From: Perkinsus chesapeaki ATCC PRA-425
Lineage: Eukaryota; Protista; Perkinsozoa
Direction of reading: 5' to 3'
Assembly: GCA_013115145.1 (NCBI GenBank)
Contig: JAAPAO010000380.1
Span: forward strand, 1-34,488
Length of the DNA stretch: 34,488 bases
The notes beneath the pieces are model-generated. The model had not been told where the DNA came from, ran no database searches, and saw only the letters and a list, made by a program, of their open reading frames with translations. Each line of letters starts with the position of its first letter. Position 1 is the stretch's first letter. Positions 21,248 through 31,933 of the stretch are shown piece by piece. The translations under genes and the position numbers were made by a program.

Positions 21248-24200
21248 CTACACGCACTTGTAGTGATCCTCATCGCCTGAGGCAAACGTTCGACAAATGG
21301 AATATACAAACTTCAACTCACCTGCATCGTAAACCAACCCGTCATCGCTGAACTCGCCCAGCAATTTACTAAAAAAGTGACCAATACTAATTATATCTTT
21401 CAGCCCAATAATGAATTTTTCACCGAATTGGCATCCAATATGTAAGAACCGACAATTAATTTCCTCCCTAGCCAAATGTAAGTCGGCATGCGATGATTGC
21501 ATACCCCTGCCTGGCTCTCGCATGGCACTTACCGGATCTCTGCTGTACCCATAACCCCCTGGAACTTCGCTGTCATGTCAGCTACCTGAAAATCGAGCAA
21601 TTGGTGTCAGACTGCTCACATGAAGATAAGAGATCGAATTCATCCCTCTGAGAACATCTGCCGTTACTCTTTGAGTTCCCACCTCAGTCACCAGAACGGT
21701 TGAATCCTCGGCGAGAATCTACCTCTCAACCGTTGGCAAACAAATGTATGTGTCCCATTTTGTGCACCCAATATTGACAAAAATCACAATCTGACATCGC
21801 TCTCCAGAGTTGGGACAATTCTCAAAATTTGGGGAGTTAACCTCCTCCGCGAGTCGCATTGCTCACCGAGTATCCGAAGTCTGTCGTGTCCGAGCCCGCT
21901 TTGATAAACTCGAGCAGCTTGTCACGCCTCTCAGTCTCCGTGTTACCCACTGATGCTTCGTTTTCATTAGCAGGGGACGCCATCGATGAGGGCGGATTGC
22001 TACGAACTCAAAACAATAGAGAATCTTTTCCCACTGTCAAAAGCAGGCTTGGAGATGGCCGCTACGATACGCTGAATATTGGACGCAAAAGGGAGATTGC
22101 CAGAGTGTGACACCGCGGGGGAGCACCTCGCTCGACAATTCGATATTCCAGCAAGTCTACAAAAGATTACTCATCCCCACTCCGACAAAATACGGGCGCG
22201 TTTTATAATATTCCGCTCCTCTCAAGCCAGGCCGTGATTATACGACCGATTCTCGCGATTCAACGCCAATATGAAACGAGCCTGGAACAAGTAAACTTTC
22301 CGAAAATCGGAATCAGTAATAGAAGATGTAGTTTTCTTGACATTCCCCTCCTACGTGCTAGCAGTCTCCATGGTGGGTTGAGAAATCCCGCCGAAAGACA
22401 GTCTTTTCCCATCCGCTGAACTAGGGGCCACATCGGCGCTGTTCATAATATAAGCATGGGCAATGGCTGCAATATGGCCTGAAAGTAACCTATGTTGTAT
22501 CTTGCACGCTTCAACCTAAGATATCTATCTACATGGGATCTCATTGAGGTTCTCTACAGGCAGCACTCTCTGCGCCGATAAGTAAGGATTGCTTCCTCCT
22601 CGAATTGCTCCGATCACTCTCACATAGCTCTGACCGTGCACGGCGAATCTGAAAAGATACCACTCAACAACTGCAGCGATTTTCCCACTGTCGTACACCT
22701 ACCAATAAACATTCAAAACAGCGTGATTCGGGAATTCCGAGCATCCGTAATTTTACTCATAATAGTCGTATAATCACTTCGCACCATCAAAACATTCCCG
22801 TGTTAGTAGGTGACACGCAGGTACATAGGCTACGATACTTCGCGGAATTCCTGGCCGATCCATCAAGGTGTCCCAAAGATACTCCGAAGCTTGGTCGTAC
22901 AAACCCAAGATTCTTACTTCCCATTTTTCAATATCTCATCCGCTTTATTGCGTCCCTCAGTATCCGATTCCTCTGACAGAAATAATCGAGAAAGGGCGGA
23001 GCGACGCACAAACTCACCGAGATACATTTTACATCTGAGACTGCCGGTGAAGTCATCTAAAGTCCACTGAATCGCCAAACCGTCGTGCTCGACCTCTCGG
23101 GCGTTTCCTGAAGAATTTTGGGTTCAAATAATACGTCATAACTTTCGGCACAATCTTGAAACAATATTCTCAAAATCAAACTTTTCGACCTGCACGAAGC
23201 TGCCGGAGAAAATCCGGGAAAACAGCTGTGTAACTAAGACTATCCTGTCTAGGATTTACTCTCCCACGAGAATTCAGTATTGTCTGAGACGACGTCTCCT
23301 CCGTTGATCACGAAAAAATTGATAATGAAAGCCCGGAAAGAGTTTCATTCTTGCAGTCTCTGCGAGAATAGAACTGAGCGAGCTTTAAGACTGATACATC
23401 TACATACTGAGGTGATATTTTTCTGATACTTTTTTTCCATAGGGATCACTGAATTAAGTCTATTTAAGATGATGATTAATAGTAGATTGAATGTGAAGAT
23501 ATAGTAGCATGCTTATACCGATATTGCTTGCTCTCAGCTTGCTTGTTGGTATTTCCACATATCTCACCACCTCCCCCCGACGGCGGTTGCGTTGACAGAA
23601 ACCCATCAAGCTCTAACTGTGACAACAAATGACAGATACTAATAATTTAATAATGCACAATATGTTTTCCGGTATTTTGGCCAGAAACTCAATAAAAATC
23701 ATCACGATTAAAGATGTCAATCTCACGTTCCCCAAATCACGCACTCGGAATTTCGGACACATATGGACCCACTGTTTAAACTAATTTCGACGATCCCCAA
23801 AATCTTACCGACGATTTCAACGGCCCTCGGTGCAGTTCCAAAGACTTCGATATCCTCTCCGCCTGAGAAAACTATTTTTCATCAAATCGATCACGAAACG
23901 GTTGATCGATTATTCTAGGGGAAATAAGTCCCGAGCCAAATATTTCAATGCCAATGAAAGTCAAAATAAACATCAGAAAAGTGTACAGAGAAAATCTTGT
24001 ATCTCCAAGGTTCCCTGGTTCGATAAATTTTCCGCCTTTACTTCGAATTCCACCGAAAGATTCCATAACCCATCAAACTGTTTAGAGGTGAGTAAAACGC
24101 GAGTAGTTCCCCACCATTAAGGTGGAGCGGTCGGCCTAGAGAATTCCCGCGCGCCAAGAAACTCACCGGAATGTTCCTTGATAGCATCAGTGAACACCTT

Positions 24201-24678
24201 TACATTGATTGGAATCAGTGGACGTCGGCGAGCTTTCCTGTCGCCTGAAAACTGGGGAATCTCGGAAATCCTTAAACGGCGAAGTTACCGGTCTCAGCGC
24301 CTCCTCCGAAGGACATCTAAGAAAAAGAGAAATATTGGTCACAAAAAAAGGATAATAGGGTAAAATGGGAATTATAACAACAATTGCGCTAACGTGGAAA
24401 AGTCATAAAATATCAGAAATAAATTATAGGAAATAAAAGACACCAAACACTAACCGGATAAAAATTCCGGAATTTTAGGAGAGAGAAAAACAGAGATTTC
24501 ATAGTTCTATATAAAAGAGGAGGAATTTTGCCAATTTTTGGCCACTAAATATTACCCTTCCGCCGCCCATCGACTGTCTCCCTCCAGATTGTGTACCGAA
24601 TCCCGGGGTACCACTCAGACCACCACTGGGAGTGTCGCTGCCGAAGCCACCAAAGCCGCCGAAACCTCCAAAGGACAT
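21248..24678 (-). CDS. RPA2: replication protein A 32-kDa subunit (OB fold + C-terminal winged helix), 12 exons, 309 aa
   Basis: Exons 24678-24556, 24316-24289, 24244-24167, 23862-23809, 23107-23018, 22972-22918, 22648-22533, 22478-22355, 21999-21867, 21585-21533, 21368-21322 and 21276-21248; all GT-AG with consistent phases, 930 nt. Motifs: Gly/Phe-rich N-tail, LIPINVK, VEIVG, WTLDDFTG, YVRVIG, NEIPCH, DDGLVYDAGDEDHYKCV*. Confidence 0.9.
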
Positions 24679-26253
24679 TATTAGGGAAAGCTATGAACTT
24701 ATAATATAAAAAGGTTCACTTCAGGTCAAAGAATACTGAAGCATTCATCACTAGAAGGATAAAATAGGAACATACACGACGACTTAAATGACATAAAAAG
24801 CCCAGGCCAACGCCCGGCAGTTTATCGGTTGAGCGTCAACACTGGCGACGTGGTCAATAGCCAATGAGAGTTTAAAGTTTATCAAGAATACAGATGCGCT
24901 CGAACGATTCTGAGGGCTTTGTGGCTGATCTATAATTGGAAAACAAAGGCGGAATTTGAAGATCCAAAAACACAACTCTAACGCATTCGATAGAAAATGA
25001 GTGTCTCAAAGAAGTGTGCTTCAAATCCTTTGTTCAGTTCAATAAGAGAATGGATAAGAAAGGCAGCATTTCCAAACCGACTGCTACCAGTGGAGCTGAT
25101 ATCGATGAACACACTTCACTCAACAATAAAGAGAAGGAATTATATCGCTGCGCAAGTTATATAATGTAAGTTATATCGGCCCTGCGCCCACAGAGCCATG
25201 ATAACAAGTAGGTAGGATGGCGAGTAGATATATACTCTCAATAGGATGGACTCAGATAGACAGCTTACCCCTCAGTTAATATGAGTTGTACATGAAGCCA
25301 TCAATATAAAGATACTCACCAAAATCTTCATAGTGCGCAAGCTAGAGGAAGTATCTTGCCCAGTTACTAAATAAGGGAAGATCGAAAAGTGTTTTATTCA
25401 TAGGAGCTATCACAAATTCCAAGTTAGTCCGCTAAAACGACTAAGTTACCCTCCCTCTTCATCGAAGAGTCTTTGGATGGACTTGTTCAGATTGATATGA
25501 TATGCTGCTCGGTAGTATATTGTAACTTATCAAGATACTCCTTGGAAAATAATTCTACAAATTATCCACAGCTACATGTTAGTAAATATCACTTTTCAAA
25601 ATTTTCCAAATTGGCATTCCGCAAAATGGTACATGTGGCTAAGGAATGAGCCTGTTATTACCAACTCATATATAGCAAATTATAATCAATACTTGAATAA
25701 CGCTGCCAAAGATGACAGATATCCAACTGGGATACGCTAACCTGGCCTGCCTAGTTGCTCCTAAACCGGGAGTCGTCTACCCTCACGGAAATGCGCTCCT
25801 CGGGGATCGAAATTGGTTCCCACTCCGAAGGAGATATATTAGAAATTTTCCAAAGGAATATTTTTCCTAGACCAAAAGGAAATGTCAAGCAAATTCCTTC
25901 TGAGCCAACCTGCTCCTGAATCCTGCTCAAAGAACACACAGGCGCTGACTAATTGCTGCGCCACAGTGCAGATAAAATCACATCCAGAGATAGGTGTGCC
26001 ACTTCTGATAGCGGTCTGTCATAATCACAACAGATTTATCATTTCCTACAATACCTTAGAAATTTCATAAGCTTCAATTGACAGCACTAACCCAACACTT
26101 GCACTTTTACAGTCATAAAACAGCTCAGAAAATTAAACTGATAGGAGAGCAATAGTCACTTGTACAGCCGAATCTATTTAACCGTAACGGTACAACCAGA
26201 TCGTTCCGATAAAAAACGATCTCTCTCTCTCGGCCTCTGTTCGCTCGCGCAAA

Positions 26254-27691
26254 TTACCACTCGGGCGCACGCGTGCAACTGTCACGAACGACAACAACAC
26301 TAGCACCGCGGACGGACCTGAGGAACGATGAGTTTCAAAAATAGAGGGAACAAAAAAAATTTGCGCCGCAATGAGCTCACCTGGCAAGCCACTGCCCCAT
26401 TCGACCGGTGTAATCGGGACTGGGTCCAACAACAACGTAGTTGGAAAGTGAGTCACGGACATACTGAACGAGCTCAACCTGACAAAAAATAGTCAGACTT
26501 TTTTTGCGAAAGATTCTCAAAGAAGCATTTTTCCTGGAAATCTTCGAAGCTCACCTTGACATTGTTGCTCGGAGGCCTGACCGTATACTCGGTACTGATG
26601 CCCTTAGTGTGGGCATCTTGATCGATGGCCTCCTTCACCGACTTCATTATACCTTCACTGGCATTCTCGGTGATATTTTTGAGCGACCTGACATAGTAGT
26701 AGATACTCAAAAATAATCGCCAAGCATAACGATAACCAAGGAAACCAGACAACCGACAGATGTGGAGAAGAATGAGGTAATAGAAAAGAAAGCTAATAAC
26801 AACAACAGGAAAACACCAATTCCAACGTTTAGCCATAAAAATCCTCAAAAGTTCATACCGATTTTTCATCAAAACGGTTGATGACAAACCACGTCGATAA
26901 TTCGAGCCACTAAATCGCAACCTATGTCGCTTTTTAAACATGCTAAGAAATTACAATTAATTAAACTATCAGATCTTATTAGGACTAAAACAGTTATAGA
27001 ATCAATGAATTTAGTAGATTTACGACTGCTTACTCAGCGGAAAACAACTGCTGTCCTTCGGCACTAATAGCACCGGGATCACTCATGCTTGATAGAAGTT
27101 GCTCAGGGAAGGGCCTGGGGATGTGAACGCACTCAACATTATCACCTGAATGAAGTAATATAAGATAGTCGCCATAATGCGATAACAGATATTTAGAGGC
27201 AGTGAGGGTTTTATAACGAATGAGAAAGATATAACGAAGTCCAAGTCAGTAATATAGAGAATGTGATGAACTTACCAGTGCAATGACCGAGAGACTTATC
27301 ACTGGAAACTAATCAGATATTAGTAATATTAAAGAATTATGTCATGCCAAATAAAATGCATCAGGCATGCCAAAACTACCACCACTAGCCCGCAAGAACA
27401 AGACTAACACAGGCACATAATCGATATATAACAATGAAAAAACAACGCGGTTACGTACTAGAATATACTTATACGAATTAAACCAATAAAATACAATGCA
27501 AACGACCACTAAGCGCACTACTAACCTGGATTAGCAAGGGAAACGGCCTTCTTAGCAGCCTCAATGCTGCCCTTCATATCAGAGCCACCAACAGCTACAA
27601 GGAACCTGCGGGGTGCTACTGAGGCAGCTGCGGCTGTGGCGAACGATCGGACAGCGTTGAAGGCAATCGGACGGAATAAAGACATCGACAT
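26254..27691 (-). CDS. universal stress protein (USP) family protein with mitochondrial-type presequence; 5 exons, 190 aa
   Basis: Exons 27691-27526, 27145-27034, 26687-26555, 26478-26381 and 26317-26254 (573 nt, phases consistent). MSMSLFRPIAFNAVRSFATAAAAS is followed by the USP strand pattern RRFLVAVVGS...LANPGDNVECVH...YVVVG...SVVVVR. Confidence 0.75.
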
Positions 27692-28049
27692 TTTATAGTA
27701 ATGAATAATTGAATGCTTTTGAGAAGGTCACAAAATTGACCTAGCTGGTATCTTAAGCTGCGTAGCTACAGTAACAGACTGTCGCATCCATGTGTATACT
27801 AGCTTGAGGCAACGCAAAAATGGTATTCGTGACACAAAAAACAGGCGGAGCGAAGCAGATCATTTCTTGCTGCGCCCATAAACTCTTAAACGGTCAGCAA
27901 AGCTCATTAAAAGTAGGCAATGATTATATCCTTCAATCTTCGAGAATCTCGAATCGAGATGCAATTATGAATCATAAACAGGATTCACGTGGTTAAGGAG
28001 AAATAAAAAGTAAATGGAGGGCTATCCAACCAAGTCGTCCACTTCGGCA

Positions 28050-28123
28050 GCAGTCATTATAGCCTAATGGTAAGTATTCATGGATAGAAAGCGAAAGGTC
28101 CCGGGTTGAAATCCTGGAGCTGG
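28050..28123 (+). pseudogene. tRNA pseudogene / tRNA-derived fragment
   Basis: TAGCCTAATGGTAAG box A-like and GAAAGGTCCCGGGTTGAAATCCTGG T-arm with a mutated loop. Confidence 0.5.
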
Positions 28124-28394
28124 ATTCTAATTCTTATCCTTCAATGCAGCAACCAGGAAAATGAAAGTATCATATCAAAGACGCTTAGCGTGTTTAGTTG
28201 CAGTCTAAAGTATCTTTATATTCAAGACTTGAATTTTAAGTCATGAAGAGAGGCGAATACAAATTAATCCATCGCTCTGACCGCAGCAGATCACTGCATT
28301 CTATTGAGGTATTAATGCTTCCGGTAATTAATAGCAGACATCAAAGAGCATTACTCACACTATAGAAACTCAACCCCTTTCGATTCCAACAAAT

Positions 28395-30756
28395 CTAATG
28401 ACATGCGGACTTGGCAAACTGGGCAAAGAATGCCTCATCGATTGCCGGCGAATACTAAACATGAAAAAGATAACAGTTTCCGAAAACGAAGACTCACGAT
28501 CTCTTCGCTCCGCTTTTTTCCATTTCTCTGTGACTCTGCCAATTTCCTATTTTCCGCGACCAGTTCCTCGGCGGCTCTACGACGTTTAAGTTGCTCTTCG
28601 TCGTAGATCTGAAAAAGCGTATCTGACCTTCAAGCGCGCATTCAACTCACCCTGACAGCCTCTAATCTTCGAGCTTCGGCCTCTTGTGCTTCACGGGAAG
28701 CTTGTTCGTTCTCGGCCTGAATCCTTATCCTCTTCTCTTCGACCTGAAACAAATAATACAAATGTAATAAGGAAGTGGAGGCATGAAAATAATATATAAA
28801 TGCAATGAGATGGCCCCTACCTGCATCGCCTGTTCATCCACCACAGTCTGTTTGTTCTCCATAGAAATGCCTTTGAAATCATAACTAGTGCCGATGTCTC
28901 CATTAAGCAGTTTGCTAAATGCCACCAACTCTGCCTTCCACGAACCAGTTCAACTTGCCTTTCCTTCAAGTGGAAATCAACATCGGTTTTTTCTCTCTTT
29001 TTTTCGATTTCTCGTTCCTTTCTCTCTTTCAGTTCTCGTTCTCGTCCGAGCTCGCTGCTCACCATAATTTCGTGGCGCGCGAAATATCCTCCTACCCGTT
29101 CTGACTATCCAAGCGTTTTCTCTCGTTGCGTCGGTCATTTTCTTGGGACACGTCAAGTTCCAATCTCGTTTCGAAATCCAACTCCGCCAACTCCGCGTAA
29201 GCTCGTTCGATCGCCGCATTTCCTGCGCGCCACTTAATTCCCCGAACCCTGCTTCTTCTCTACTTTGCATGATTAACTTCTTTTCCGCGTTCTGGTCGGT
29301 GAGACCCCGCTGAAACGGAAAAGCACATCCTATGGAAATTTTCTTAGATTTTCCAGGTCGTATTTTTTATGTCAAAAACGCGCCAACTTTCCGCCGACGG
29401 TCTTCCGATTTTCGCGTCGATTTCGGGTAAAAGTGTAATTTCACACGAAAGTTTTGGCATAAGAAAAAACGACAAAATTTCCGCTCTTCATATTGGGACC
29501 CGAAACAGCTTAACTCCTTGGCCGGAGCTCCAGTCATTCCCGAGACGCATCTTGCACGCCCTGATTTTTTCCGGTATTTTTTTCGATTTTTTTCGGAATA
29601 TTCCTCATCGTGATTTAAGCGAGTTCTCACCACAAGCTCATTTTGCTTAGCTCTCTTATCCTCAACAAACTCTCCAGCGAACACCTAAACGACAATCACG
29701 ATGAAAAACCGCGCGCCACGAAATTCACCTGTGCGGAGCTTGGTCCCAAGTGACACGTATCGATTGACAGGTCCCTAAGGAGATGCACATCGAGCCAAAA
29801 GTACGAGTGCGTCTGGTAGGAGATTTCGGACTGGAAAAGTGGACTTTTTCCGTCAGGAAATTTCACTAAATTTTCAGTTGAACTTTTTGTGAATGGCAAA
29901 TCCTGAGGCAGGATATTCAAACACCGCGAGTCGGGTTTTTGGGTTTCGGGTTTTCCTTACCGTTTTGGGTCGCTCAAGATGAACTCTCGTCGAGCTTCCT
30001 TATGAAGATGGGCGAGAGAGAATTGCCGCGCATCTCTCTCGATATCGCGCAGGCTCTGTCGGCGCTCATTTTCAATTCTGACATAAAAAAAGTATATTTC
30101 TACAACAAATGCATTCCTCACTGTTCAGCGACCCTGTCAAACTCCTCAAGAGCTCGGCGGTCGTTCTCGGCGGTTTCCATCTCTGTTCTACACACTTGTT
30201 CTTTTTCGACGATCTGACGTTCCCACTCGTCGACCTGCAAACCGCTGAATTTCGTTCGTACAGACAGCAGAGAAATTTCACTAGATTTTTCTGGAAATTT
30301 TCATGAAATTTTACCAGAAAATAATCCACTTAATTCCTCAAGAATATTTTCATATATTATTCCAAAAGACTCTGTGTAACAAATGTAAGTCTCGCCATTA
30401 AGACGCGAATCGCCTGCCAAACTCTCACGTTTGCCCCAATCTGTCTAATCCGAGGGTCCAAAAGCCTCTCAGATCTTTCCGCACGCTCGTTCCGTTTGCG
30501 CTGGAGCTTGATTGCCAGATCGATCTGACAAAAAAACAGAAAAGAATCCCCTGACTATATCCGCGCTTGAGTTCAGTGATAAATAGCAAACGCTTCACGA
30601 GGGACTAATTCTCTAACGAACGATCCGCGCTAGAGGCTCATCAGCGCCCACGTGAGTTCCGCCAACATTGAACTCACACAAAGAGGAGAGGAGCGAACTC
30701 ACCTGACCACCATCAGCAATTTCACGAAGGTCGGGATCGACGATAGCGGTGCTCAT
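28395..30756 (-). CDS. RIB43A: RIB43A-domain ciliary microtubule inner protein, 13 exons, 368 aa
   Basis: Exons 30756-30703, 30524-30429, 30234-30122, 30077-29961, 29774-29729, 29684-29631, 29309-29264, 29222-29096, 29054-28959, 28914-28821, 28743-28651, 28608-28498 and 28454-28395 (1107 nt). Family motifs RLLDPRIRQIG, RREFILSDP, GPSSAQVFAGE, DFKG...EQAMQVEEK and FFAQFAKS. One GC-AG intron (28958-28915). Confidence 0.85.
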
Positions 30757-30816
30757 GGTGAACGGGAATAAATAGGCTTCAAGAAGCAACCTCTCCAAAT
30801 CGCCTACTAATCCAGA

Positions 30817-30898
30817 GACATCGTGTCCGAGTGGTTAAGGAGTTGGACTTGAAATCCAATGGGCTCCGCCCGCGCAGGTTCGAATCCTGCCGATGTCG
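30817..30898 (+). tRNA. tRNA-Ser(UGA)
   Basis: 82 nt: acceptor GACATCG/CGATGTC, anticodon arm TTGGA-CTTGAAA-TCCAA, long variable arm, T-arm GCAGG-TTCGAAT-CCTGC. Confidence 0.97.
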
Positions 30899-31933
30899 TT
30901 CTAAATGTTCCCACCACTGCTTCCACAACACAACTCTTCAGTGCCAATAAGCCTAGTAACGTCTTGTACGTTATACGCAACTTAACCAGCTTGACGGATT
31001 TCTATTGCACTAAGCACAGAGGGTCGCTCCACATTCGGGCGGTCCACTCCAGCAGTGCTACAATACAGTAATAATTACAGTCAAAGACAGCGACCATGAC
31101 AAACAGGACGCAGATGCCTTTCGGAGTCACCAATCACATTAGGCGGTCTCCCGGGGCATTTCAGACAGCAAGTCAAATTATATAAAATCGTAGCACTCTT
31201 GACTACAATACCTGGCCGAAGTCATTCCGCCCACACAGAAGCAGCAGCACTAGCTCACTCGAAACCTCGGCGCGTTGTCGCGACTTTCAACTTCGGTTTC
31301 AATGGTGACAGAGATCTTTGGCAGACTCTGCACCGACAAGTGGCATAGGCGAAGATGCCTAATAGCGACTCTCTCGGTAGAGCCTGAAACACCTTTCAAC
31401 ATCAATCAAATCATTTCCCAGATAAAAATTTCTGCTCTTCACTGTTAGTCGCAGCAGATTCTGTGCGGCTTCCTCGCATCGATATGCCGTCAGCCACAAA
31501 CACACACCCAGCACCTCTGGCAGAACAAGCGTGCTGGCTCGGCACGCCTGCACTAGACTTCACGTCAGATCGTCGTTTGCAATATTCCCCAGAAGACACT
31601 TACGTGAGCAAGGGTATGCGACCACGAGTCTGCTTCGCTCCGCTCAATATGGTGACACGAATTACCATTTTCGTATCTGCCCCTTCCCAAGGGACTATGT
31701 GGCAGCATGATTAAGTGAAACTATATACTAACAGCCCCCAACTGAATTAAGGAAATGCAAGATGCTGCAAGATTAGCAAGATAACTGGTCTCAGCTGCCC
31801 AGAATTGAATGTATGTGCACCACCACGTTCGGCCCATCAGTCTTGTAGAGACCAAAAAAGCGACCTCAACAAAGAAGTTAAAACGCGCTTTGTCGCGCTA
31901 TAGAATGGTACACGCAGTACCAGTGCCTGACTC

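Noticed and set aside
21248-21850. Extension of the gag remnant up to 21.85 kb
   Set aside because: This interval is explained by RPA2 exons 10-12 and their introns.
24100-24136. Candidate RPA2 cassette exon GRPLHLNGGELL
   Set aside because: It has an AG acceptor in phase but no GT donor, and exon 23862-23809 already supplies this part of the OB fold.
25500-26100. Hydrophobic minus-strand stretches suggesting transporter exons
   Set aside because: No recognisable motif or consistent splice phases.
26474-26941. 155-aa membrane-protein-like ORF
   Set aside because: Only 26687-26555 is coding (USP exon 3); the hydrophobic part is AT-rich intron.
27276-27301. 26-nt AG/GT-flanked segment as an extra USP exon
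   Set aside because: Inclusion would shift the frame; exons 1 and 2 already join in phase as PGDNV.
31340-31700. Possible small spliced minus-strand gene between tRNA-Ser and the Mei2-like gene
   Set aside because: Some splice-like sites are present but no start, motif or coherent frame could be supported.
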